DNA from: Williopsis jadinii
Taxonomy: Eukaryota
Length of the DNA: 64,000 nt
Direction: 5' to 3'
NCBI GenBank assembly: GCA_024346625.1
Contig: AP024665.1
Span: 310,001-374,000 of the forward strand
This document shows, in pieces, positions 11,457 through 22,080 of this stretch. The translations under genes were made by a program, and so were the position numbers. The notes under the pieces are model-generated. The model saw only the letters and a list, made by a program, of their open reading frames with translations. It had not been told where the DNA came from and searched no databases. Positions within the stretch are counted from its first letter, which is position 1. Each line of letters starts with the position of its first letter.

Positions 11457-13376
11457 ATGTTCAAGAGGCTTTTAAGTAGAACAGTCACATTTGCATCTCC
11501 ATTGATACACATACCGTCTGTGAATAAGTCAAGCATTAGCTACTGCTACCGTACCATGTCCTCTGAGTCAGTTATTGCATCCCAGTTGGAGAAGCTGTCC
11601 ATCGCTTCTCCAAAGACCTTTGAGGGTTCCTACCCTGATTACAACACCGTTGACCTTCTGAGAAACTACATCACAGAGGAACTTGTTAAGATCTCTGGTG
11701 TTGATGCCAACTTGATCTTCCCGGCTCTTGAGTGGACCAACACCTTGGACCGTGGTGACTTGTTGATTCCGGTTCCAAGACTGCGTATCAAAGGTTCGGA
11801 CCCAAAGCAGCTCGCCGCAGAATGGGCTGAGAAGTTCCCACTGGGCGAGTACCTGTCCAAAGTTGAAGGAAATGGTCCATTTATCCAGTTCTTCTTCTCC
11901 CCAAAGTTCCTTTTCAATGTGGTCATCAAGGATATCCTTGCCAGAAAGACGTCCTACGGTTCCACACCAGTTGGCAAGGGCAAGAAGATGATTGTCGAGT
12001 TCTCATCTCCGAACATCGCCAAACCGTTCCATGCCGGACATTTGCGTTCCACAATCATTGGTGGTTTCCTCTCAAACTTGTACGAGCAGTTGGGCTGGGA
12101 CGTTACCCGTATCAACTACTTGGGTGATTGGGGTAAGCAGTTTGGTCTTTTAGCGGTTGGTTTCGACAAGTATGGATCAGAGGAGGCTTTGAAAAAAGAT
12201 CCTATCAACCACTTGTTCGAAGTCTATGTTAAGGTCAACAAGGACATTGAGGAAGAGGGTGATTCTCTTCCTGAGGAGGAGTCAACTAATGGTAAGGCTC
12301 GTGCTTATTTCAAGAGAATGGAAGAAGGCGATGAAGAGGCCCTGAAATACTGGAAGAGATTCCGTGAACTCTCCATTGTTAAGTACATTGATACTTACAA
12401 GCGTTTGAACATCAAGTTTGACAACTACTCCGGTGAATCTCAGGTTTCCCAGGATCTTATGAACAAGGCCTTGGAGATTTTCAAGGAGAAGGGTTTGACT
12501 CACGAGGATAAAGGTGCTGTGTTGATTGATTTGAAGAAGTTCAACAAGAAGCTCGGTAAATGTATTGTTCAAAAATCTGATGGTACTACCCTTTACCTTA
12601 CAAGAGACGTTGGTGAGGCTATTCAACGTTACGAAAAGTACCACTTTGATAAAATGATCTATGTTATTGCTTGTCAGCAAGATTTGCACACTGCTCAGTT
12701 CTTTGAGATCTTGAAGCAGATGGGTTTCGAGTGGGCCAACAGATTGCAACACATCAACTTTGGTATGGTTCAAGGTATGTCGACCAGAAAGGGTACAGTT
12801 GTTTTCTTGGATAACATCTTGGAAGAGACCAAGGAGAAGATGCACGAGGTTATGAAGAAGAACGAGGCAAAGTACGCTCAAATTGAAAACCCAGAGGAAG
12901 TTGCTGATTTGGTTGGTATTTCAGCTGTTATGATTCAAGATATGCAATCTAAGCGTATTAACAATTATGAGTTCAAATGGGAACGTATGCTTTCATTTGA
13001 AGGTGATACTGGTCCATATTTGCAATATGCCCACTCTCGTTTGAGATCGATGGAAAGAAACTCTGATATCACCGCAGAAGAGCTTCTCACAGCTGATTAT
13101 TCACTCCTGACAGAGCAACAAGCTGAGCTTTTGATCCGTCTCTTAGCCCAGTATCCAGATGTTTTGAGAAATGCATCTAAGACTAACGAGCCAGCCACTA
13201 TTGTCACGTACTTGTTCCGTCTTACCCACCAAGTCTCCTCCTGTTACGATGTGTTGTGGGTTGCTGGTCAAACTAAGGAGTTGGCTGCTGCTCGTTTGGC
13301 TCTTTACTCCGCTGCTCGCCAGGTCTTGTACAACGGTATGACCTTGTTGGGCTTGACACCTGTTGATAGAATGTAA
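11457..13376 (+). CDS. RRS1: Arginyl-tRNA synthetase; in-frame ATGs at 11457 and 11556
   Basis: EFSSPNIAKPFHAGHLRSTIIG (HIGH-like), NYLGDWGKQFG, GMSTRKG, GDTGPYLQYAH, C-terminal GLTPVDRM. Ortholog of YDR341C/MSR1 (the RRS1 alias here refers to YDR341C). Confidence 0.97.
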   Translation: MFKRLLSRTVTFASPLIHIPSVNKSSISYCYRTMSSESVIASQLEKLSIASPKTFEGSYPDYNTVDLLRNYITEELVKISGVDANLIFPALEWTNTLDRGDLLIPVPRLRIKGSDPKQLAAEWAEKFPLGEYLSKVEGNGPFIQFFFSPKFLFNVVIKDILARKTSYGSTPVGKGKKMIVEFSSPNIAKPFHAGHLRSTIIGGFLSNLYEQLGWDVTRINYLGDWGKQFGLLAVGFDKYGSEEALKKDPINHLFEVYVKVNKDIEEEGDSLPEEESTNGKARAYFKRMEEGDEEALKYWKRFRELSIVKYIDTYKRLNIKFDNYSGESQVSQDLMNKALEIFKEKGLTHEDKGAVLIDLKKFNKKLGKCIVQKSDGTTLYLTRDVGEAIQRYEKYHFDKMIYVIACQQDLHTAQFFEILKQMGFEWANRLQHINFGMVQGMSTRKGTVVFLDNILEETKEKMHEVMKKNEAKYAQIENPEEVADLVGISAVMIQDMQSKRINNYEFKWERMLSFEGDTGPYLQYAHSRLRSMERNSDITAEELLTADYSLLTEQQAELLIRLLAQYPDVLRNASKTNEPATIVTYLFRLTHQVSSCYDVLWVAGQTKELAAARLALYSAARQVLYNGMTLLGLTPVDRM

Positions 13377-13723
13377 AACGTGAACCACACGTGAGGTTGT
13401 ATATTTAATTTCTATGGATAAAGATTTGTCTTCTTATGTTGTAAGACGGATTTTAACGCCATAGGGCTATGCGTTGATTACCAACAACGAGCGTCATTTG
13501 TGTATAGTATAAATAGCACATTTTCCTTAAGCTGAGTACTGTTGTTTTCGCTTGTAATAAGTAGATCATATCATAGCTCGTTGTCCAAGGGACGAACCAT
13601 TACCCTTGGTGTGTTATGATTATATTGACCAGTATCAATCATAGTTAAAACAGATGGCTCAATTAGGAGTGTGTTATGTCACTGGTGACAAAGAAGTCTG
13701 TCTCAAAAAACTGATAATTACAC

Positions 13724-13796
13724 GGTCTAGTAGTGTAGTGGTTATCACGTCTGTTTCACTCACAGAATGTCTCGAGTTCAAATCTCGACTGGACCT
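13724..13796 (+). tRNA. tRNA-Val(CAC), atypical (T37, T73)
   Basis: Acceptor GGTCTAG/CTGGACC, D arm GTG-TAGTGGTTAT-CAC, anticodon arm TCTGT-TTCACTC-ACAGA, T arm TCGAG-TTCAAAT-CTCGA, followed by a T-run Pol III terminator. Confidence 0.85.
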
Positions 13797-14247
13797 TATT
13801 TTTTTCCAACCAAAAAATCGTGTCCAAAAACTACATGTGATCTCCATTCAAAGTTTGATTGGCTTAAACTTACGTGCTGGTGAAGTACACTTCTTTGAAT
13901 CTTGTTATATTTATATCTCTACAAAGAGACCTTATACATCCAACTCTCATATAACTGCACTACAGACCCATATCAACTGGTGTTGAAAGAAATGAACGTT
14001 GTGCTGGGCAAACCAGGTTCAGTTGGTGGTTGAATTTCCAAAACTTAACGCATGTGGTGTTGCAGCTAATTCCCAGGACACGCCTCAAAAGTTGGTGGAA
14101 GTGTTCATACCTTCTACTGTGGTGCCGGCGGTTGAAGCATTATCTTGGTTTTTACTACCCGTTTAAAAACATCCCAGCGTTGTATTCCGATCAGTCTCGT
14201 TCACTGTGGTTTGTCTCGTCTTGGTGACTAGCTTGTATACGCATTCA

Positions 14248-15012
14248 ATGGGATTGTACTCAGCAGTGGTGTCGACGGTGAACGAACGTGTTTTCCGCTG
14301 GAAGGGTTCAGTTCTGGTATACCCACCGGTACTACTTGTCGGTCTTATCGTCCGGTTCACCTTATCTGAAAAGGTCATTGATAACATAAGAACGAACATC
14401 TTTCCTGAGGATAACACGTTCAACATTATATTTGCAAACCATTCGTTTCAAATATTTACCATATTGTGGTTAATGATATTCTTTATGCATGTTTTGAAGG
14501 ATTTCACCAGATCCAAGTTTCAATCCTTGTTACCAACTGCTATTCAGCATACTCATGATACTGTGCCGTTTAAATCAAAATCTATTAGGGCATGGCAACT
14601 GATACTGTCCTTCTTTCTGAAGTACTCACTCACTTTGGCAAGTATTGTGGGAATCTTAACACTACGGCATTACATCCAGGAGACTTATGGAATGAACATA
14701 TCTGGTCATTACATTAGTATTGTGACTTTAAGCATAACGATCATTTGGGAAACTAGAAGCTCTATAAGCGATGCTGATATTTTAGAATTAGAGAATAGCG
14801 ACGGTTTAGATAAACGTACCCTCCTCATATACGCGTTCCTGAGCGGGGTTCTGTTGTTGTGTGCTTCAATTTTAGCCATCTGGTTATTGGTTCTCTTTGT
14901 CACAGCTGTGTTTTATCACACAGCTGTTGAGAAGTTAATTGGACTCATATGGGGCTATGTAACACCCTTGTTGATTTTTCACGGACTTTCGTATCTTAAT
15001 ATTGACCCTTAA
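14248..15012 (+). CDS. FIT/Scs3/Yft2-family ER acyl-CoA diphosphatase, divergent tandem paralog
   Basis: NISGH and TAVFYHTAVEKLIGL motifs (both catalytic His) and several TM segments; N-terminus (MGL..YP.VL) resembles the neighbouring gene. Confidence 0.8.
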   Translation: MGLYSAVVSTVNERVFRWKGSVLVYPPVLLVGLIVRFTLSEKVIDNIRTNIFPEDNTFNIIFANHSFQIFTILWLMIFFMHVLKDFTRSKFQSLLPTAIQHTHDTVPFKSKSIRAWQLILSFFLKYSLTLASIVGILTLRHYIQETYGMNISGHYISIVTLSITIIWETRSSISDADILELENSDGLDKRTLLIYAFLSGVLLLCASILAIWLLVLFVTAVFYHTAVEKLIGLIWGYVTPLLIFHGLSYLNIDP

Positions 15013-15145
15013 TTTGATAAACTAGTGTATTCGATAGTGAAACACCTATTGGTGTTCAGGTGTAGATATGTACGCATCGGGCTGTAAATTCAATAACGGA
15101 ATACGTGTTGAACTTACAACGAAGATGACAGAGTAACGATATCAA

Positions 15146-15988
15146 ATGGGTTTACCAGTGCATTTGCCCGTTGATAAGAAGAAGTTTTTACTAATATACC
15201 CAGCTGTCTTAACGATCGGCACACTTTTCAATCTCTTGATCCCACATGGATGGATTGTCTATGGTAGATCTCTGTATTGGTTCTCATCGAGGAATTCCAT
15301 CAATAGGATCTTTGCATACAATGGGAACCTTATATTCCTCATACTGTTTCCTTGCATAGCCTTATCAAGATTAAGGGAGCAGAACTATCGCTGGAAGAAG
15401 AACACACTGGTAGAGTACGTCGTTAAGTTCTTCACAAAACAGATCAGTTTGTACATCTTGTTCTTTATCATCGACCGTCTCTTCCTGTATACTGGTGGTA
15501 CATGCCACGTCCAACCTTCGCATGTGAAGTCAGCTGCCGAGAGGGCAATGGATGCAAAGAGTTGTAATACGATTTACGGTATTTGGCAAGAGGGGACATG
15601 TGTGTTAACAGCAACGCGACTGTCGAGGATGATCACAGATTCTCAAGTTTGTAGACGTTTTGGCAAGTGGCACGGTGGATTTGATATATCTGGACATTTT
15701 TGTTTCATAGTTACGCTCAGCACCGTATTTTGGTTCGAACTGATAAACTTCACCACCTCCTGTGATTTGGAGAGTCTCAGGGACTCAAAGTTGAAGAAGT
15801 CAACAGTTATTTTACAATGGGTGCTGTTGATAGTGTTGGCAATTTGGATCCAGATGCTTTTTATCACTGCAGTTTTTTACCATTCATTCATAGAGAAGGT
15901 ATTGGGGCTTCTGTTTGGGTACATTACACCATTCATGATGTACTACCTCATACCGAAATATATACCTACAGTGTATATTCAAAATTAA
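15146..15988 (+). CDS. YFT2: FIT family acyl-CoA diphosphatase / lipid-droplet biogenesis protein
   Basis: FLYTGGTC, GKWHGGFDISGHFCF, TAVFYHSFIEKVLG; convergent with MCM21 as YDR319C/YDR318W. Confidence 0.88.
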   Translation: MGLPVHLPVDKKKFLLIYPAVLTIGTLFNLLIPHGWIVYGRSLYWFSSRNSINRIFAYNGNLIFLILFPCIALSRLREQNYRWKKNTLVEYVVKFFTKQISLYILFFIIDRLFLYTGGTCHVQPSHVKSAAERAMDAKSCNTIYGIWQEGTCVLTATRLSRMITDSQVCRRFGKWHGGFDISGHFCFIVTLSTVFWFELINFTTSCDLESLRDSKLKKSTVILQWVLLIVLAIWIQMLFITAVFYHSFIEKVLGLLFGYITPFMMYYLIPKYIPTVYIQN

Positions 15989-16015
15989 TAATACAATGTC
16001 ATAGATTCATAAAGA

Positions 16016-17035
16016 TTATTCAGTGAGTACCTCAACTGCCTCGCCAAATCGGTCCATTAGAGTGTGTATGTCCCCTTTTAATAAGTTACAAGCTCTTCTC
16101 TTCTGAAAATCGGTAAAACCATTCTCGATGAAAACACTTTCCACGCTATCCAACCCACAGCGCATCGTAACACCTGTTTCAGCCTCTTTAATGGAAAGCT
16201 GGAACTTAATAGTGGTCATAGAAATATCCTTCTGCAAGCTGGATACATACTTCTTGTACCGAAACTTTAAGCGATCAATGATTTGATGCTTCAAAGATGT
16301 TAACTGTAATATATGACGAACATGACAGACAAAATTAAACAGTTTCTGGCTCGATAGGTCATCATAGGAAGCTGCCAAAGTTCTTAGCTGCACGAAAGCA
16401 GGTACAGTATGGTTCAATATGCACCATTTCATAGTTTTGGGATTCTGCTCAAGTATAATGTAGTGTGGAGTTTCAAATCTAAACTCCAACTCGTTAAATA
16501 TCTCAATCCTCACGCCCAACTGTGTATCTGGGCAAGATGGATCCTTGACCGGAAAGGCCGTTATTCCAAACATACGATACACGTTTTCTATAAGAACATT
16601 TTTGGTCTTCTCCTGAACAGTATCATCACCTTCCAATGATTTAGGAGTAGTCCGTGGCGTCTTGAAGTATTTGGATATACTTTCGTCGAAAAATTCGTGC
16701 TTCACAGGTTCTGGTGGAACGTACTCTTCTTCGAATTGCCTTTCTCGCTTCGATTTTTTCCGTCTCTTGGGCGTGGGGTTCTCTGGACTTATATCACTAG
16801 CTATATGGTTCGTTTTTGAGTTCTCTTGCAATGATTTGTTCAGCATTTTGAGTGCATCTAGAGGCGACTTTCTCTTCTGTGTCTTTTCAATCTCTTTCAA
16901 GAGATCTGCTTTCCTCTTTTCAAGCTGCGCAACTTCACATGTGTTAGTGGCTCAAACTGATCACATGATATAAACATACATACTCTCATGCTCCAACGAA
17001 GCATTGTCCTGGTGGAGGTCTTCTAAACGAGTCAT
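16016..17035 (-). CDS. MCM21: Kinetochore COMA subunit Mcm21/CENP-O; 2 exons (17035-16984, 16932-16016), 322 aa
   Basis: ENVYRMFGITAFPVKDP, GVRIEIF, FETPHYIIL, HTVPAF. 51-nt intron GTATGT..CACTAAC..AAG gives the N-terminal coiled coil MTRLEDLHQDNASLEHEIAQLE. Confidence 0.9.
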
Positions 17036-17079
17036 CTGCGGTTATTCCAAATCCTTTGTTTACTTTAAAGAGCTTTCCG

Positions 17080-17085
17080 ACGCGT
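17080..17085. promoter_or_regulatory. MCB (ACGCGT) element upstream of MCM21
   Basis: ACGCGT 45 bp upstream of the ATG; the same motif lies upstream of UNG1 (43428), DOT1 (48812) and NSE5 (51924). Confidence 0.5.
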
Positions 17086-17220
17086 TGCTGTAGTTTTCTT
17101 CCTAGGATGGAATCTACAACGTACGTGTCCCTACCAGATAATGATAAGCTCAATAACTCATTTGAATTTTCCTTACGGGAAGATGTATTACATAAATAGG
17201 ATGTACTTAAACCGAGTAAA

Positions 17221-17922
17221 TCATAATCCCGGATAGCTGGTTTCAGTCAATTCAGACATAAACTTCCCCTTCTCTCCACCAATTTCATTCTGGTAACCTT
17301 GGATGATCTTTTTGACGTCGCCGATAGGTCTATTTTGATTCATCTTCACCTTGTACTCAAGTTTTGTAAGTTTGATCTCAACACCAACGATGCCCTTCAT
17401 CATGATATCAATATAAGGCTTTGGTGCATCGCTCACTTTCCAGACGTCTTCTACCAGAGTGTCCTTTGGTCTGTTGGATTCGTGGTCATCCACAACATCC
17501 TCAAGCAGTTTCAAAGTGAAATCTTTATCATCTCTGACTATTCTTACTTCCCCGTGTGCATGCACCGTTGCGTAATCCCAGGTAGACACTATCTTATGGT
17601 TGACTTTCTTTTGCTCATACCAAGAAGCAGATACGTATGAGTCATATTTACTGTTGAAAACAACAATGCATTTCTTAGCACTTTCCAATTGCGGAACTTG
17701 ATCATTCCCCTTGGCCATATGTGTAATCAGAACAATATCCGAACCATCTTCCGAGACGGAACGAATTGTGAAAGGCAAATGGGTCAATTCAATTTGAGAT
17801 TCCTTTGACAGGAAGGAAGATTCAGCAGATATTAACAACCCCAACGGATTGGCCTTTATAAGCTCTAGGGCCTCCTTGGTATCGTTACTCTTATTGAACT
17901 CCTTTGGATTGTAGAGCACCAT
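17221..17922 (-). CDS. PaiB/Pai2-family FMN-binding split-barrel protein
   Basis: LY.P..F start, LIKANPLGLLIS, THLPF, HMAKGNDQ, YVSASWY, STWDYATVHAHG, W.VSDAP..YI..MMKGIVGVEI, KVKMNQNR. First true ATG is at 17922. Confidence 0.85.
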   Translation of the reverse strand: MVLYNPKEFNKSNDTKEALELIKANPLGLLISAESSFLSKESQIELTHLPFTIRSVSEDGSDIVLITHMAKGNDQVPQLESAKKCIVVFNSKYDSYVSASWYEQKKVNHKIVSTWDYATVHAHGEVRIVRDDKDFTLKLLEDVVDDHESNRPKDTLVEDVWKVSDAPKPYIDIMMKGIVGVEIKLTKLEYKVKMNQNRPIGDVKKIIQGYQNEIGGEKGKFMSELTETSYPGL

Positions 17923-18444
17923 GGTCTGTAGTTTGATCACTCTTCATGGGAACATTTCGTTTGTCGAATGGCAAAACCGTCTCTATTTATTCATTTCAAA
18001 ATTTGAACCTCTCGTTACACAATGGTTTATGCAACTTTAGATAAATCAATGCAATACGGGTAAGAAATGCCTTTTTTGGAATTACAGGTTTAGATTGTAT
18101 TGCACTGTCCGCCATAGGAGGAGAGCCAATGCGCAAGGACGAATTAATCAGCGCAAATAGCACATGCAGTCATAGTCCAAAAAAGAAAAACAGTCATCAA
18201 GCATTCTTGATAACGTACGCAAACTACGGATCAGGTTACTACTAACTATTTTTTTAGAAAGAAGATTTTCAACCTTCTACATAATATAATCCGCCGCCCA
18301 CGGAAGGCACGCTAAGTTTTGTTGCCTTTCCCTCCATTCCTGCAGGGAAAAATGTAAAGATATGACACAAAAGCAGTTAGTTTGAAACGAGGTGACTCAA
18401 AAGGCGTTCATGGCAAATGTAGTAACCGTAAGTCGTCACGCAAG

Positions 18445-19182
18445 ATGAAAGAACTAAAGATGCCATCATCTACTTCTGAAACTCTACATGTGCTTGTTAT
18501 TGGGGGATCGGGACTAGTTGGATCCCATTTTATTCACGAGGCCCAAAATTCTATAATGGTGAGCAAGATAACTGTGATTTCCCGGAGAGACGCACTGTTC
18601 TTCAAGCAGTTCGACAAAGTTAATCTTATTATTGAGACCGAGCCATTACTCTGGTGTAAGTGGATCCAAGGCTTGGGCCAAATCGATGTATTGTTCTCGG
18701 CGTTGGGTGCAACACGAGGAGACGCTGGTACTATATCAGCACAGCGGGCGGTTGACTATGATTTGAACATGATGGTGGCTCAGCAGGCAAAGTTGAAGGG
18801 AGCAAAGGTGTGTGTACTCGTTTCTTGCTTCAACAATCCGATAATCAGTAGAATCTTCAAATACTTTGCGTTGAAAAAACAGGTTGAAGAGGGAATATGC
18901 TCGCTCAAGTTTGATTCGACAGTGATCCTTCGACCTGGGCCCCTAGTTGGACACAGGGAGCACACAACACCCAATCACACAATGAGAAGTATATTGTCGA
19001 CACTAATAGCAGAATACACATACAAGACTCCTTTCAGTTGTCTCGTTGGTGGATCCATCAACGCCACAGAGGTTGCAGCTGTGGGTATGTTCATGATCGA
19101 GACGAGTAAATATCTGAAGCTGCAGAGAATCATTTCGAGTTCAGAAATGATACAGCTATGTGATGCATTGGACTCTATATAG
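18445..19182 (+). CDS. NAD(P)-binding Rossmann protein, Him1/Fmp52 (HTATIP2-like) family
   Basis: VLVIGGSGLVG, FSALGATR, AVDYDLN, ILRPGPLVG. Position near MCM21/YFT2 suggests HIM1 (YDR317W). Start could be 18445 or 18460. Confidence 0.82.
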   Translation: MKELKMPSSTSETLHVLVIGGSGLVGSHFIHEAQNSIMVSKITVISRRDALFFKQFDKVNLIIETEPLLWCKWIQGLGQIDVLFSALGATRGDAGTISAQRAVDYDLNMMVAQQAKLKGAKVCVLVSCFNNPIISRIFKYFALKKQVEEGICSLKFDSTVILRPGPLVGHREHTTPNHTMRSILSTLIAEYTYKTPFSCLVGGSINATEVAAVGMFMIETSKYLKLQRIISSSEMIQLCDALDSI

Positions 19183-19194
19183 AGGCTCCACTGA

Positions 19195-21198
19195 TCAAAG
19201 TTTGCTCTTTATGCCGTTTAATCTGTATTTCATGTCCTTTAGTTGTTTGGTTTCTGGTTTCCACGCTTCGAACTCACTCAATAACTCATCAATTTCTTTC
19301 TCAGCACCAGGTAAGTTTGTACGGGCCTCGTGGAGAAGACCACGCATACACCATGGTAAGTGGTAAGGGTTTGTTCCCAGTTGCTCAATGATATATGGCT
19401 TGAAATGCAACGGTATATCATACTTCAAATCATTAGTGTATAGGGAAAAGTTCAATGCTAAGTCGTATACTTGCGGGTCGTTATAGATGGTAGAATGTCC
19501 ACCTCCAGTCAACGGACCAGCCAATACGTTAGATATCTCCTTTACTACACCATGATCAGAAAGACCTATGTTGTGTAGGTGGTTGGACATGGACACCGAG
19601 CGAGACACAAATGATGGTGTTTTTGATGAACCATCGATATAAGTTGCTCGGAAAATATTAGGGTGACGAACATGGAGACAAGTCGAAGAGTATAATGGGA
19701 CAAGCTGATCGTTTATAGATCCAACAAATGTAAGTTTGATGTTTCGTTTAATCACAATCTTCAGGGCGTTCAAGAATTCTTTCGAATGTACTGAATCGAA
19801 ATTCTGAAACTGGAAAAGCTCCATCAAGGAATCATTCTCAATTGTTGAATATGCTCTGACGAACAATTTTTGGTCAACTCCATAGAAAGGACCATTGTTG
19901 ATACCAGCCATCAACAACATCGATATTTTTTTATCCTTCGTGGTTATGATACCATCTTCAACAAGACGGCCAAGAAGGATGATGCTGACTGGGCAACCTT
20001 GTGAATGAGCTGCAAAGTAGATGTAATCAGCAGACTCTACATCCTTCTGCCACTTCTTTAAGACTTCATAAAAGAATTCCACACGGTCAAATATCTTTCC
20101 CTCTCTTTCCAAAGCAATCTTTTGAACCGTTATAGATAAATTTTCACGTTTTGCCCACCTCCAAACAGCCTTTTCAGCTTCAGTAGAAAACTTGATGGAT
20201 GTTCCAGTTGGCTCACCAATTAAGGGACGTATAACTTTTGTGGGGAAGAAACCATGAACCCCAATGATTAATACCTTTTTAATCGACCTTGGTGGATGCG
20301 ATACTCTATATAAATGTTTGGGATCTGGAACATCAAATCCTAAAGTATATCGCAGCCTGTTGAAGTTATTGATCACAGTTGTGCTTGTTGAATAGTAAGG
20401 TAGGGAACTCTCGAATGCAGGGACAACAATGTTTGGTGTTATCGGTTTCTGTGTTGACGTTGACACCTGTTTCGGTTTATCGGTCTCTTCGAAAAGAACA
20501 GCCTCACCACCGGATAACAATACATTTGACAGAGGAGGGTCATTAGCGTGCGATGAGTTTGTAGAGCTATTCCAAAAAGACCAGGATTGCTGTCTATCCT
20601 TTTTCAAAACCCTCTCTTCTCCGGCAACGGACTTGAGGTTATCATGGTTTTGTAACACTGCTTCATCCATTGTTTTCTTTAGAGATGTCGACGAGGATTT
20701 TCGAGACCATCCCATCCAAGAATCCTTTCTATCGTCTTTACTCCTTGTAGACTCGGTGTCCACCGTATCTGCAATAACCTCATCAATATTGTTGCTATTT
20801 GAGGATTTGACCGAAGCCGCGGATGTAATATGCGATTTTGTAGACGATTCACCGTTTTCCGAATCCAGAGGTTTCTGATCCAATTGTGACGTCCTTCTAG
20901 TCCAGATGGACCATATGCTATCTTTCTTGCCATTGGCTTCATTACTCACCAGCTCTGAAATCTCAACCGGAGGTTGCGTGCCATCCGGTACATTTGCCAT
21001 TGAGCCGTTCTTGTCCAGTTCATCCGTGACACTCTGTGGGGAGCTATCTCGAGAACTTTCTTGATCAACTCCATACTTTGAACGCAACGACACGTTCGAT
21101 GTCTTTCCAAGAACTCGAGATGGACGATGCTTTAGAGCTTTAATTGAAATATCACCACCAGGCGAGTTTGAGTTGTTGTTGTTGTTGTTCTGTGACAT
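19195..21198 (-). CDS. YML020W-family alpha/beta-hydrolase-like protein with disordered N-terminus
   Basis: [51 protein letters not shown] motifs; first ATG at 21198. Confidence 0.85.
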   Translation of the reverse strand: MSQNNNNNNSNSPGGDISIKALKHRPSRVLGKTSNVSLRSKYGVDQESSRDSSPQSVTDELDKNGSMANVPDGTQPPVEISELVSNEANGKKDSIWSIWTRRTSQLDQKPLDSENGESSTKSHITSAASVKSSNSNNIDEVIADTVDTESTRSKDDRKDSWMGWSRKSSSTSLKKTMDEAVLQNHDNLKSVAGEERVLKKDRQQSWSFWNSSTNSSHANDPPLSNVLLSGGEAVLFEETDKPKQVSTSTQKPITPNIVVPAFESSLPYYSTSTTVINNFNRLRYTLGFDVPDPKHLYRVSHPPRSIKKVLIIGVHGFFPTKVIRPLIGEPTGTSIKFSTEAEKAVWRWAKRENLSITVQKIALEREGKIFDRVEFFYEVLKKWQKDVESADYIYFAAHSQGCPVSIILLGRLVEDGIITTKDKKISMLLMAGINNGPFYGVDQKLFVRAYSTIENDSLMELFQFQNFDSVHSKEFLNALKIVIKRNIKLTFVGSINDQLVPLYSSTCLHVRHPNIFRATYIDGSSKTPSFVSRSVSMSNHLHNIGLSDHGVVKEISNVLAGPLTGGGHSTIYNDPQVYDLALNFSLYTNDLKYDIPLHFKPYIIEQLGTNPYHLPWCMRGLLHEARTNLPGAEKEIDELLSEFEAWKPETKQLKDMKYRLNGIKSKL

Positions 21199-22080
21199 TC
21201 TTCTGATCAAAAGCGTATATCGTCTCCTAACACAGATAAGCATGCACTAACCCTGACAGTCTTGATCTCTCACCAAGCTTTGAGACAGATGAAATGTCCT
21301 TTTTAACACACCTTGTGCTTTTTTTGTTCTCTCAACGAACGTACACTACCAGATGATCTTCTTTCTGCCTGCTGCGTATTGCCAGCTTATAAACTTGGCT
21401 TTCCAGACGAAACATAGCAAATTTGACGTTTCTTTTGTCTCCCCTCCATGAGCGGGAGCTTCTCGTACAAAATGGTGCGAACTCCCACTTGTTTGAAACC
21501 GCGAAATTTTCGCTCTTCGCCTCACTATTTTTGGTTTCCTTGCCCATGTTCTTTTTAAAGGCTACAAAGCTGTTGCCCAAAAGGTGTCCTTTTGTAGACT
21601 TTTGCGCCGAATATGAAGCTGCTATCAGGGCACGAAAAGGCACAGCAAAATGCCAGCAAATTTGATTTGTGTCAGGAAAAGTGTCCGATATGGGCAATTA
21701 AAGCCTGAAAATTCAAGCCCTTCCCACAGGGAAAATTCTATGAGGTATACAACTGACATTTGACAAGCTCATTATCCCACTCGTAGTGTCTACCATTTAG
21801 TGCGGAAGGGACCAGACGTTCTCCACATCATGGGCCCAGTGATAGACCATCCGCTCACCACGCGTCGTTTACGCAGCTACAAGGCGTGTGTCTTTACCAC
21901 CTTGCCCGGACACGCATGTAACCGCGAAACACATCGCTGAGTTCATCGACATCTACCCCAAGAATACTCGTAAATTTTCACATCGTGTCCTTCAAGTTCA
22001 TTTTATTTCTCCTTAATCCATACTTTCTAAATCGCACCTCTAACACTGTTCGTTGATTCTCAATCAACGACAATGAAGTA

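Noticed and set aside
21170..21192. (GTT)n run
   Set aside because: Poly-Asn codons at the N-terminus of the YML020W-like protein; ordinary coding microsatellite.
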